Below, piece by piece: positions 1 to 8,509 of a stretch of 46,276 nt of DNA. The stretch's first letter is position 1, and each line of letters begins with the position of its first letter. The notes beneath the pieces are model-generated. The model was not told where the DNA came from. It was given only the letters and a program-made list of their open reading frames with translations, and searched no databases. The translations under genes and the position numbers were made by a program. Where the stretch lies: the IMG/VR virus record IMGVR_UViG_2623620505_000005; one strand, written 5' to 3'. This DNA comes from a virus. Taxonomy: Duplodnaviria; Heunggongvirae; Uroviricota; Caudoviricetes.

Positions 1-90
1 TTGCCTCCCCCCCGTTGATGGGTAAAATAGCCGCAATTTTTCGTTTTCAACAAGCGCGGCGCGATGCCGCTTACTCAAGAAGAAAGAATT

Positions 91-165
91 ATGACGTTGT
101 CTCCTTATTTGCAAGAGGTGGCGAAGCGCCGCACTTTTGCCATTATTTCTCACCCCAATAATTAA
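91..165 (+). pseudogene. prfC: 5' fragment of prfC (peptide chain release factor 3), truncated at the prophage junction
   Basis: Translates [22 protein letters not shown], which matches my recollection of the E. coli PrfC N-terminus, then diverges (NN-stop) at about position 157. AT-rich phage DNA follows. Confidence 0.6.
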
Positions 166-319
166 GTCTAAATTAAAGCTCTTTTACTTTTTCAAAGTCC
201 TTTCAGTTAATTGATGTTTGGTTTTATAAGTCATTTGAATACAGTTAGTTATGTGGCTTCTTTAATTGAAAATTCTTTCATGTAACTTTAAATCGATCAG
301 GTTGCTTTCATCAAAAATC

Positions 320-376
320 TGTACATATGTTTGTACATAATGTACAAAGCAGCAGAGGTGTTTTGCGATTTGTACA
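320..376. promoter_or_regulatory. Cluster of four TGTACA palindromes directly upstream of int (candidate int promoter/operator or arm-type sites)
   Basis: TGTACA at 320-325, 332-337, 341-346 and 371-376, ending 10 bp before the int ATG at 386. Confidence 0.4.
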
Positions 377-385
377 AGGTGAGTA

Positions 386-1624
386 ATGGCGCTGTCTGAT
401 GCGTGGTTGCGTTCAGTCGTTGGAAAGGAACGTGATAAGGTTTTGGTTAAATCCGATCGTGATGGTCTGTCTGTCAGAGTATCACCGAAAGGTCGCGTAG
501 TGTTCCAATATCGTTATCAATGGGCAGGGAAAGGTGAGCGCCTTGATATCGGAACTTACCCGGCAACTGGATTAAAAGAGGCCAGAGAAGAAGTTATCCG
601 TCTCCGTGGTGAACTCGAGTCAAACCGCAATCCACGATTAGTCAAGCAGGCTGAAAAACGAAAAGCTACTGAAGCCATGACGGTAGAGTCTGTGATCCGT
701 GCCTGGTATGAAGCATATTGTGTAAAAAATAAAAAAGGTTCTGAACAGATACTCCGCTCGTTTGAGCTGCACCTGTTCTCTAAAATCGGGAATATCCCTC
801 ACGATGCAGCTACATTGCATGATTGGTTAGAAGTCCTAGAGCCTCTTAGCACCAAGACTCCAGCAATAGTAGACCGATTGCTAATTAACGCAAAGCAGGC
901 TCATGTCTGGGCGTATAAGAGAAAGCTCATTGAAACTCGCCCACTGTCGGATATCACGGGTAAAGATATGGATATCCGTAAAGGTCAGAAAAAACGGTTT
1001 CTGACACATGATGAAATTAGCATCCTTTATGCTGCGATCGATGGTTCTCGAATGGTTCCTAAATACCGAGCCTTCATTAAACTATTGCTGCATTTTGGTT
1101 GCCGTAGTTCAGAGCTAATTACTGCTAGGGTGGATGATTTTGATTTCATAAATAAGGTATGGACTGTACCACCAGAACGACATAAGACTGGGGACATAAC
1201 AGGCGAACCGCTAAAGCGGCCCATTATTGAACCGGTTGAAGAGCTTATAAAATACGTTATCTCTATGAACAACGGTTCCGATATGCTTTTTACTAAGGAA
1301 GGAAGCAGGGAGCCAGTTGGTCGGACATCATTGCAGTCGCTGCCTTACAATTTAATGCAGTTCGCATGGCGACGTTTGGGGTATCAATTTCCTCATTGGT
1401 CTCTTCATGATTTGAGACGAACAGCACGAACAAACTTTTCTGATCTTACTGCGCCTCATATTGCTGAAATAATGCTCGGTCATAAACTGCCAGGGGTATG
1501 GCAAGTTTATGATAAGAGCGATTATCTAGAAGAACAGCGTAAAGCCTATCAGGCATGGTGGGATAGGGTTGATTCGATTCTTACTTACACTAATTTAGGT
1601 TCCAACAGACAGCCTATTGAATAA
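386..1624 (+). CDS. int: Tyrosine site-specific integrase (P4-like)
   Basis: 412 aa; conserved catalytic-region motifs read in the translation (R in FGCRSSEL, HDLRRTARTN, Tyr in VYDKSDYLEE); sits at the prophage junction. Confidence 0.9.
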   Translation: MALSDAWLRSVVGKERDKVLVKSDRDGLSVRVSPKGRVVFQYRYQWAGKGERLDIGTYPATGLKEAREEVIRLRGELESNRNPRLVKQAEKRKATEAMTVESVIRAWYEAYCVKNKKGSEQILRSFELHLFSKIGNIPHDAATLHDWLEVLEPLSTKTPAIVDRLLINAKQAHVWAYKRKLIETRPLSDITGKDMDIRKGQKKRFLTHDEISILYAAIDGSRMVPKYRAFIKLLLHFGCRSSELITARVDDFDFINKVWTVPPERHKTGDITGEPLKRPIIEPVEELIKYVISMNNGSDMLFTKEGSREPVGRTSLQSLPYNLMQFAWRRLGYQFPHWSLHDLRRTARTNFSDLTAPHIAEIMLGHKLPGVWQVYDKSDYLEEQRKAYQAWWDRVDSILTYTNLGSNRQPIE

Positions 1625-1738
1625 TGAATAGACATACAGAGTAAGAAAATAGTAATGATTCTTGGATTATAATTAACTGATTGCTGATATTTCGATTTGC
1701 CGATTTATGAAGAGACGGTCATTATACTTATAAAAACA

Positions 1739-1770
1739 CCACTCCTTATCCTTACAGAAATAAGGAGTGG
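1739..1770 (-). terminator. Rho-independent terminator for the leftward avcD-like transcript
   Basis: 11-bp perfect inverted repeat CCACTCCTTAT / ATAAGGAGTGG with a 10-nt loop, 7 bp past the stop codon of the 1777..3372 gene; the minus-strand transcript continues UGUUUUUA. Confidence 0.5.
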
Positions 1771-1776
1771 AAACAG

Positions 1777-3372
1777 TTATGGCTGAGACTCTGGTTTAGC
1801 AATCTCGTTTATAAATTTCTTAGCTACAACAGTCTCATACTTTCTATAATCATCAAGATATTGAACATCTATATGATTTTTGTAGCGAGCATTAAATTTA
1901 TTTGCAGCCCCTGTTTTATCATCTTTACGTTCATCCGTTGGTCTGAAAAATTTATGGTAGCGGCGGGGTGATACCCCCTCAAAATCACAAAATATTACTT
2001 TGGAAGATTCTTCGTTCTTTGTTATTGCATCATTATGCAGATCAAGAGCAAGGCTTTTATCAAATGGCTCTATATATACTACTTTTTTTATTCCAGATGC
2101 GACAATATGCCTTGCACAGTTGTGGCAGGGATAGGTTGTCGTAAAAAGAATTTTATCTTTAGTATCGCCGTTTTGTTTTCTAGCCATTGATGTAATGACG
2201 TCCATTTCAGCATGAATTGATCTGGAGTACTCCATTACACTTGATATTTTGCTGTCTTTGTAAATGCCTTCTGCAATATTATCTAATTTGTTTAGAAGTC
2301 GTGTTATATTAATATCGGCAACAGTTTGTCCTGCGGAAATACCTAATACACTTCTTACTTCGGTTGATAATATGCTTTTTATACGGTCTTTAATTTTTAG
2401 CTTGTTTGCATCATTATAACACTTACCACTTTTGTGAACGCATCGATGATCGTTATCAAAATCATCACTGCTATACAACCCGCCACCAGCTTTAGGTACG
2501 TCGTTCTTACCCACGGCAAGCAAATTCCCTTCATCATCAAACAGTGCAGCCCCTACTTGACGTGATAAACAAGCTGATTGTAATGATGTTGAAAAGGCAG
2601 CATACATACCTTTCTCGTTAAAAGTTGGTGTTAAACCATTTTTGCCATGAATAAGACCGAAAAACCGATCAATCTTCTTCTTTAATTCACTTTTTTGGCT
2701 GAAGTTATTTTTAATAAAAAAATCTGAATCAAGAATGGTTTCCCCGGTTCTTTGTCCATACGGATCAGAGGATTTATTATCAATATTGATAATTAAATGA
2801 AGGTCGTCCTTTGCCGATTCGTCAGCAATGAGATTCGGAATTCGGTAATCTAAATCGCGCAAAACTCCTAACAAATAGAAATTATGCTGATATATAACTC
2901 TGAATAACTCTATTTCTTCCGGCCTTTTGAATTGATCAATGATGAAGACAGTACCTTTATATTCATCATTATTATAATCAATATTCTTTTTCGCTGCTGC
3001 GATTGCTGCAATAGCAGCTTCTGCAAGCAACTCATTTTTTTCGTAATGTTTACGAAGTTTATTGGCAATATCCTGGAGTTTTAAATGTCTATTAACTTGT
3101 GTGCTTTCGGATACCTTCAGTGCTGCGGGCTCAAAATATAATGGGTCTTCCATAAGCGCACTTATGCGGATGTGTACAACATTATACCCCCATTCTTTGG
3201 ATATCTCTTCGATAATTTTGTTTATCGTTCTCATGCCACATCCAACATATCCACACAATCCAAGATAAATATCTTTTGATTGTCGTGAATTCACAATCTC
3301 AAGTGATGATGCCGATGTTGAGCCTTTTTTTTCATTCAGCTTTTGTGGAGTTTTTTTTGCTGCTTCAGCCAT
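1777..3372 (-). CDS. avcD: P-loop NTPase / deoxycytidylate-deaminase fusion protein, AvcD/DCD-like anti-phage dCTP deaminase
   Basis: 531 aa. C-terminal half has the zinc-deaminase signature (SACLSRQVGAAL ... HAEMDVI ... PCHNCARHIVASGIKKVVY); N-terminus has a glycine-rich P-loop-like segment (GLCGYVGCGMRT). Size and architecture match the AvcD/DCD family; AT-rich relative to the phage backbone. Confidence 0.7.
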   Translation of the reverse strand: MAEAAKKTPQKLNEKKGSTSASSLEIVNSRQSKDIYLGLCGYVGCGMRTINKIIEEISKEWGYNVVHIRISALMEDPLYFEPAALKVSESTQVNRHLKLQDIANKLRKHYEKNELLAEAAIAAIAAAKKNIDYNNDEYKGTVFIIDQFKRPEEIELFRVIYQHNFYLLGVLRDLDYRIPNLIADESAKDDLHLIINIDNKSSDPYGQRTGETILDSDFFIKNNFSQKSELKKKIDRFFGLIHGKNGLTPTFNEKGMYAAFSTSLQSACLSRQVGAALFDDEGNLLAVGKNDVPKAGGGLYSSDDFDNDHRCVHKSGKCYNDANKLKIKDRIKSILSTEVRSVLGISAGQTVADINITRLLNKLDNIAEGIYKDSKISSVMEYSRSIHAEMDVITSMARKQNGDTKDKILFTTTYPCHNCARHIVASGIKKVVYIEPFDKSLALDLHNDAITKNEESSKVIFCDFEGVSPRRYHKFFRPTDERKDDKTGAANKFNARYKNHIDVQYLDDYRKYETVVAKKFINEIAKPESQP

Positions 3373-3382
3373 TGCTAATTAC

Positions 3383-3568
3383 CTAGTCGAAAACTATATC
3401 AGTATTTATTATTTCAAAAAATGCATCAAGAATTTCTTTATTTTTCTTTTTACTTTCAAATGAAATGACATTATCTTGATTAAATGTTGTTAATTCAATG
3501 CAGATAGAATCAACCTGATCATTGGCGGCGATGCTCGATTCTATTTCATTAAATGCTATTACATTCAT
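3383..3568 (-). CDS. Small ORF (61 aa) co-oriented immediately upstream of the avcD-like gene; may be non-coding and mark an AvcI-like antitoxin sRNA locus
   Basis: ORF ends 10 bp before the avcD-like start codon; no recognisable domain. AvcD systems are known to carry their sRNA antitoxin directly 5' of avcD. Confidence 0.25.
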   Translation of the reverse strand: MNVIAFNEIESSIAANDQVDSICIELTTFNQDNVISFESKKKNKEILDAFFEIINTDIVFD

Positions 3569-3665
3569 TTATCTTATCCAAACATAATAAAAAACCATAT
3601 GGCCTTTAGTGTACAACAAAACCATACTCTTTCCCCTCATTTTAGAGGGGGAAGTGTGGTCCACA

Positions 3666-3932
3666 TCATGTTTTTTCCCACCCATGAAAATGTTCACCTA
3701 GGCTGGTGAGGCATTTTATGTACATCAACTCTTTGAGTTGAATCATTATTTTAGTATTTTTTCTATCATTGTGTAAATGTCTTCGTTTCAATACATCATG
3801 CTTGGGGAGCGGTCCCCGTTTCCTGATAATTAATGCTTGTGGATAGCAACGTCCGTGCCTGTATCGCTCAGACAGACGCTTACCGTGCCATAGACGTGTC
3901 TGTTCACATACGTCATTCAATAACTCCTGCAA
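3666..3932 (-). CDS. Hypothetical protein (Arg/His-rich), overlaps the excisionase-like gene in another frame
   Basis: 88-aa ORF with no recognisable domain; its start overlaps the 3' end of the 3913..4107 ORF. Confidence 0.3.
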   Translation of the reverse strand: MQELLNDVCEQTRLWHGKRLSERYRHGRCYPQALIIRKRGPLPKHDVLKRRHLHNDRKNTKIMIQLKELMYIKCLTSLGEHFHGWEKT

Positions 3933-4107
3933 ACCTGTAAATCTTGCGTGAAGCCCATTTATTTGGGCATGATTTAATATCAGGATCTGGAAAATCAGGC
4001 CTGTACTTCTGGCCAGTTCTCCGGTTTACGCTGTTCCAGCGAAGAACTGTCGATACTGAAACGCCACAGAAGTCGGCGACTTGTTTAGTTGTCATTAAGT
4101 TGTTCAT
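3913..4107 (-). CDS. Excisionase-like helix-turn-helix DNA-binding protein
   Basis: 64 aa; N-terminal TTKQVADFCGVSVSTVLRW is a typical excisionase/MerR-type HTH; located in the int-proximal early-left operon. Confidence 0.5.
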   Translation of the reverse strand: MNNLMTTKQVADFCGVSVSTVLRWNSVNRRTGQKYRPDFPDPDIKSCPNKWASRKIYRFAGVIE

Positions 4108-4727
4108 TACTTCACCTCCTGCGGCGGTTCCGGTAGCGGCATCCAGTGGGTTACTTTCGATGCCGGTTCTTCTCCATTGTCAGTAACTGCCCACCATTTG
4201 TTTCTCGAACAATCATAATACCCTTCGAAGGTATCGCACTCAGTCCAGCCGTAAGACTTACCCCAACACCAAACATACTGTTTATCGTTCGGCATTCGCT
4301 CACTACAGCTTATCCAACCATCCGGAGTTACCGGAGAGTTGCCCGACAGCTTGTTCAACTTGTAAGTCTGGCTTACAGGTTTGGCACCATGAAGCATGGT
4401 GGCGCGGCAGGCGTTCCAGCCTTCATCAAAACCGACTATGCCATTATTTAAAGACGGACGAGCATCTGGCACCACCAGTACTGGCTTGGCTATATATAGC
4501 GGCTGAACATACCAGCCCTTTGATAACCAACTGTCAGCAATGTTTTTGCTCCTGGTTATTGCCGGAATACCTAAGCCATTGTCTGAATGCAGCCATGCCA
4601 CCGGCTCCTCTTCTAGCGATGCCAGAGCAATTTCATAAGCACGGCGCTCAATATCGTCTCGAACCTCTAGGCTGCTGATTCGTTCTTTGATTTCTTTAAT
4701 CAGTTCTTTATTGGTAAATGTGGTCAT
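4107..4727 (-). CDS. DUF551 domain phage protein
   Basis: 206 aa; C-terminal Trp-rich segment ending THWMPLPEPP is typical of DUF551 proteins of lambdoid early-left regions. Confidence 0.65.
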   Translation of the reverse strand: MTTFTNKELIKEIKERISSLEVRDDIERRAYEIALASLEEEPVAWLHSDNGLGIPAITRSKNIADSWLSKGWYVQPLYIAKPVLVVPDARPSLNNGIVGFDEGWNACRATMLHGAKPVSQTYKLNKLSGNSPVTPDGWISCSERMPNDKQYVWCWGKSYGWTECDTFEGYYDCSRNKWWAVTDNGEEPASKVTHWMPLPEPPQEVK

Positions 4728-5089
4728 TATGCTCCAGCCTCCGGCGCTTTGGGTATTACTGCCCAGTGAGTGATATTGAAGTTTTCAAGGTCCCCGACCT
4801 GAAATGTCCACTGCCATTCTCCGGTTTCTTTTTGTCCCCAGGTGTACCAGAGAGAACGCCAGCCAATCAGCCAGCCTTCTCCATTAGCATCAAATAACAG
4901 AACACTTTCATTTGCTGGTGGCAGTTCAGCTGACACTGGTATTATTTTGTTTTCCAGTGCCGCACATTTAGCTTCAAGCGCGTCGAATTTACGTACCAGG
5001 TACTCAGCATTTGTTTCGTTCACTTTCAGATCTCGCGGTACACATTTCCCGCGAAGAAACCCTTCCATTTCGAAAATATTCATGCGCAT
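4727..5089 (-). CDS. DUF551-like phage protein (YfdS-like)
   Basis: 120 aa; C-terminal THWAVIPKAPE resembles the DUF551 tail; start overlaps the upstream gene's stop. Confidence 0.55.
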   Translation of the reverse strand: MRMNIFEMEGFLRGKCVPRDLKVNETNAEYLVRKFDALEAKCAALENKIIPVSAELPPANESVLLFDANGEGWLIGWRSLWYTWGQKETGEWQWTFQVGDLENFNITHWAVIPKAPEAGA

Positions 5090-5616
5090 TTGCGTAACTC
5101 CGATAAATCGTTAAAACGTTCCATAAACATCCCGTAGGCATGACCCGGTGCCAGTGGAATCACGTTGAACATCTCTGTTGCCCGGATGCCTTCCAGTACA
5201 GGCCAGAAAGAGCCATCATCAAGCCCGAGATCGCGGCGTTCGGTTGCCAGCATGATGAGATCGGCATATTTCACGGGCGTACTCATAACTGGGGGTAACC
5301 CGTATTTCTCACGGATTACGGCGTCTATTTTTTCTTCCATCCGTTTATAGTCAGGAAGAAGTCGTTTCAGTGGTGCGGGGATGTCCTGGCAATATGCTTC
5401 TGTTGCATCATGCATTAACGCTTCAAAAGCAAATTCCTGCGGTACCAGCTGGCTGCAAAGCACCGCATGTTGGGCGACGCTGTAGAAGTGTGAAAGATGC
5501 CCTGCAAAGCGACAGATATTTGAAAGGGAAACCGCGATATCGTTAATAACGATGTCGTCTTTATTTATCTTGTCATAATAAAAATGCTTCCCGGAAAAAG
5601 TTTTAATAAATGACAT
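5080..5616 (-). CDS. HD-domain phosphohydrolase (YfdR-like 5'-deoxynucleotidase)
   Basis: HD motif in LMHDATEAYCQDIP. Start chosen at the ATG at 5614-5616 (MSFIKTF), which has a GGAGA Shine-Dalgarno 7 nt upstream; gives 178 aa. The track ORF extends further to 5679. Confidence 0.7.
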   Translation of the reverse strand: MSFIKTFSGKHFYYDKINKDDIVINDIAVSLSNICRFAGHLSHFYSVAQHAVLCSQLVPQEFAFEALMHDATEAYCQDIPAPLKRLLPDYKRMEEKIDAVIREKYGLPPVMSTPVKYADLIMLATERRDLGLDDGSFWPVLEGIRATEMFNVIPLAPGHAYGMFMERFNDLSELRKCA

Positions 5617-5744
5617 TTTGTTCTCCACGTTATGTGCGCTGCACCGCACTGAATTTTGGTAAAAAGAAGCCCTTACCATCCGGCGATTATTGAGTTAATT
5701 ACGTTTCCATAAATGCCCCCGCAGGGGCATTTGCAGTAATGAAA

Positions 5745-6569
5745 TCAGGCGGTGAAAGTACCAATAAAGGTTTCTACTTTGCTGTCTTTGAATTTCTCAA
5801 CAAGCAGATCACGAAATTCGTTAGCCATTTCTTCCTGCACCGCTTCCAGCTGAATAATGCGCAGAACCAGTACAGGACGATCGCCAGTGATAATGCTGAG
5901 ACGTAATTTAAACGGACGTTCTTTCAAGCTTTCAAACGGAACGCATTTAAATTCAAATGCCACTGGCATAATGTCTTTGGTCTTCGCTTCGACAGACTCC
6001 ATCAGGGAGCGTTTGCCGCTGAAGTCATTATCTTCAAAATCAGCGGTTTGGTTCGCTTCAATTGTGATTTTACGGATCGCCGCAGCCGCTTTGGTTGCCT
6101 GAATGGTGTCACCATTAGCATCAAAGCCCACAAGGTAGTCGGCCCAGTCTTCAATCCATTCTGCCAGTGACTTCTGGGAGTTACGCTCGCCATTAACAGA
6201 CAACAGAGCAGAGAACGGTGCTGTCTTTTTCAGTTTGAGAGTGGCAGTGTTATCTGCGTGACCTGGCTCATCAATAGTACCCAGGTTAAGCACACTGACG
6301 GCACGCATATTATCGGCATCGATAAAGCAGCGGGTGCCTTCATCTGCAAGATCTTTAGAATAACGGGTAAAGTCATCGATGCTGGCAGTGGAAAGCGCAC
6401 CACGGAAACGGAAACGATTTAAATTAAATTTTTCCAGATCATGAATGCGGAAATTCTCAGGCAATGCCACAGCATCGGCACCAATCTTACTGATGATTTC
6501 ATTAACACCCTGAGCAGAAATAAGGGCATGGATTTGATTAATTGCGGTTGCGTCTAAGTTATGAGACAT
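5745..6569 (-). CDS. YfdQ-like (DUF2303) phage protein
   Basis: 274 aa; length and position (next to an HD hydrolase and a 120-aa protein) match my recollection of the yfdP-yfdQ-yfdR-yfdS block of the E. coli CPS-53 prophage. Confidence 0.55.
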   Translation of the reverse strand: MSHNLDATAINQIHALISAQGVNEIISKIGADAVALPENFRIHDLEKFNLNRFRFRGALSTASIDDFTRYSKDLADEGTRCFIDADNMRAVSVLNLGTIDEPGHADNTATLKLKKTAPFSALLSVNGERNSQKSLAEWIEDWADYLVGFDANGDTIQATKAAAAIRKITIEANQTADFEDNDFSGKRSLMESVEAKTKDIMPVAFEFKCVPFESLKERPFKLRLSIITGDRPVLVLRIIQLEAVQEEMANEFRDLLVEKFKDSKVETFIGTFTA

Positions 6570-6634
6570 AATCAGTCCTCACTATATAAAGATATTCAGT
6601 GATGAGATAAATAATCAGTTTATTAAGTATGATA

Positions 6635-6997
6635 TTAACGACCTGCTGCGCGGAGTTTTCCGTCAGGTTCACCGGCAAGAGTCAGTAATTGTCCCTGGTC
6701 TTCCTGCAGAATAGTCAGGCGACCACCGCGATTGACATACATCGGCGTTTCGGTGGTGTCTTCTTCGGAAATTTTCCCGCGGTTAGTCGGGCGAACATAT
6801 GAGAGTTTGTGTTTGATTTTCACACGGTTCTCATCAAATGGTTCGATTTCCAGGTTGAGTGAGACCTTACCTTTGGTTTTCGTGTTCATCACACCGGAAG
6901 CGACTTCACTGAGAACTGCGCCGATTTTTGTTTCAAATACGCCGCCGTCCAGCTCCCCGATAAATGCCTGCACATCAGTACTGCGTTCGCTAGCCAT
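6635..6997 (-). CDS. Hypothetical early-left protein (YfdP-like); first gene of the leftward early operon
   Basis: Start set at the ATG at 6995-6997 (MASERS...), preceded by GAGGAG with a 7-nt spacer; 120 aa. The track ORF begins 62 codons further upstream with no ribosome-binding site. Confidence 0.5.
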   Translation of the reverse strand: MASERSTDVQAFIGELDGGVFETKIGAVLSEVASGVMNTKTKGKVSLNLEIEPFDENRVKIKHKLSYVRPTNRGKISEEDTTETPMYVNRGGRLTILQEDQGQLLTLAGEPDGKLRAAGR

Positions 6998-7611
6998 TTT
7001 GTTGCTCCTCATCATATCGACCCTGCAAGGCCGATTAGTTTCTCCACAAAACAGAGAAGAACACCTGCGGTGGCAGCCGCCCGGATGGATTGGGTTATGA
7101 GCCCGTCGTCCGGTGATGCTCTTCTCTGTTTTGTAAAAAGAGCGGTACCAGCCGGAAGCAAGTGTACAAACTGGTACCGCCAAAGCAGTGGCTGTTGTGG
7201 TGACCGGTGCTGATCTCCGGCTTGCGGTTATTTCAGACTCTCACGGGCGTTTAATTGCCCCGCCGAACAGCTCTTTTCCGCAATAGCTGCAATGTCTTTC
7301 GCGCATCAGCCTGCGCATTCACCACAACGCTGAGAGCACTTAGCCAGTTACGGCACCACACTTTGTCGCGGTTCCATAAATGCCCTCATCGTTGCACCCT
7401 GGTCTCTTCCCAGGCGTCAAACCGAATCGCCACGCTGGTTAGGCGTCTTATCAGCATCATCATTGACTTGCACATTCCGGCTACCTGGTTTGTTTGCCCG
7501 AGCAAGGAGTGGATTGTCCCCTTTAACGTCACCAGACCGCTAACGACGCATGTGCCATACGCCGTGTTACAACCAAATTTTGTTAGTACCTTGTTTGTTG
7601 GTCTGGAAAGA

Positions 7612-7640
7612 AAGATAAAATGAAGTTGCGCATTATGCAA
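7612..7640 (-). promoter_or_regulatory. Candidate pL promoter (leftward), overlapping the OL operator
   Basis: On the minus strand: TTGCAT (-35), 17-nt spacer, TATCTT (-10); the -35 lies inside an operator repeat. Confidence 0.3.
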
Positions 7641-7664
7641 GTGTTTTTATTGCGAGATATGCAA
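7626..7664. promoter_or_regulatory. OL operator: two 15-bp dyad sites of the repressor motif TTGCG-N5-TGCAA
   Basis: TTGCGCATTATGCAA (7626-7640) and TTGCGAGATATGCAA (7650-7664), centres 24 bp apart; same motif as the sites between cI and cro. Confidence 0.5.
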
Positions 7665-7681
7665 TTTTGTGGGTAATGAAA

Positions 7682-7699
7682 AGCCACCTTCGGGTGGCT
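7682..7699 (-). terminator. Hairpin downstream of cI (weak terminator)
   Basis: AGCCACC-TTCG-GGTGGCT stem-loop 21 bp past the cI stop codon, followed on the minus strand by only UUUC. Confidence 0.35.
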
Positions 7700-7719
7700 A
7701 ATTGATGAGGAGGTAAGGG

Positions 7720-8412
7720 TTAATTGTGTCGCTTAAGGGTTTGTGACTGGCTGATTAAGACCTTTCCAAAGACCATAAACCGGTGTTCATTTTCGCTGGT
7801 AATTCCCCATTCACGGTAAATCTGGTTATCAGAAATCACCAGTAGTTTGTCAGGTATCATTTGCAGTCGTTTGACATAAATTTTATCATCAAAACCAAAT
7901 ACATAGATACCATCTCCATCAAACTGATTGATACTGACATCAACGAAGATGAGATCTCCTGGCTCAATGGTTGGACACATACTGTCCCCACGAACGTTGA
8001 TAACTTTAATGTGATTGGCTGGTCGTCCGCCAAACATCGATACAGCATTATCAGTTCGGTATTCAATGGCATGAATCACATCAATGACATCACCGCCCTG
8101 GATAAGGCCATTTCCCGCACTGGCACTGACATCCAGCATTTCAATACGGAATACATCCTTCACCTGCGCAACATCCTCACTAATACTGTTTTTACATACA
8201 GTATTACTTTTGAAGTCTGAGGTAAAGAGATCAGCAATATCAACACCTAAGCTCCTGGCAATATTACTCAGGGCTTGTTCAGTGAATTGTTTCTGCTTAC
8301 CTGTTTCCAGGCGTGAGATATTCGCCGCATCCACTCCTATTGCTTCAGCGAGATCGGCGATTTTCATGTTCTTCGCCTGGCGAAGTTGTCTGACTCGATT
8401 TCCTATGTTCAT
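7720..8412 (-). CDS. cI: CI-type prophage repressor (HTH plus S24 LexA-like autopeptidase domain)
   Basis: 230 aa; N-terminal HTH (KIADLAEAIGVDAANISRLETGK) and C-terminal S24 peptidase signature (GDSMCPTIEPGDLIFVD); divergent from a Cro-like gene; no Shine-Dalgarno, start 20 bp from the first operator. Confidence 0.9.
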   Translation of the reverse strand: MNIGNRVRQLRQAKNMKIADLAEAIGVDAANISRLETGKQKQFTEQALSNIARSLGVDIADLFTSDFKSNTVCKNSISEDVAQVKDVFRIEMLDVSASAGNGLIQGGDVIDVIHAIEYRTDNAVSMFGGRPANHIKVINVRGDSMCPTIEPGDLIFVDVSINQFDGDGIYVFGFDDKIYVKRLQMIPDKLLVISDNQIYREWGITSENEHRFMVFGKVLISQSQTLKRHN

Positions 8413-8432
8413 GCGTTTATTACATTTCTTTA

Positions 8433-8495
8433 TTGCGCGTTAAGCAAATCAACTTGCGCAAAATATTTGCGTGAAATAATATGCTTATCACGCAA
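8433..8495. promoter_or_regulatory. OR operator region: three dyad sites related to TTGCG-N5-(A/T)GCAA between cI and cro
   Basis: TTGCGCGTTAAGCAA (8433-8447), TTGCGCAAAATATTTGCG (8454-8471), ATGCTTATCACGCAA (8481-8495); centres about 23-25 bp apart. Confidence 0.55.
8454..8482 (+). promoter_or_regulatory. Candidate pR promoter
   Basis: TTGCGC (-35, 8454-8459), 17-nt spacer, TAATAT (-10, 8477-8482), then GGAGG and the cro ATG at 8510. Confidence 0.4.
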
Positions 8496-8509
8496 TATGT
8501 GGAGGTTAT

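Noticed and set aside
6732-7100. 122-aa plus-strand ORF antisense to the YfdP-like gene
   Set aside because: Antisense to a gene with a strong ribosome-binding site; it would be the only rightward gene in a leftward operon.
7255-7640. 122-aa (+) and 84-aa (-) ORFs in the pL leader, considered as a possible N-like antiterminator
   Set aside because: Neither has a ribosome-binding site or the Arg-rich N-terminal motif of N proteins; kept only as part of the N-less leader finding.
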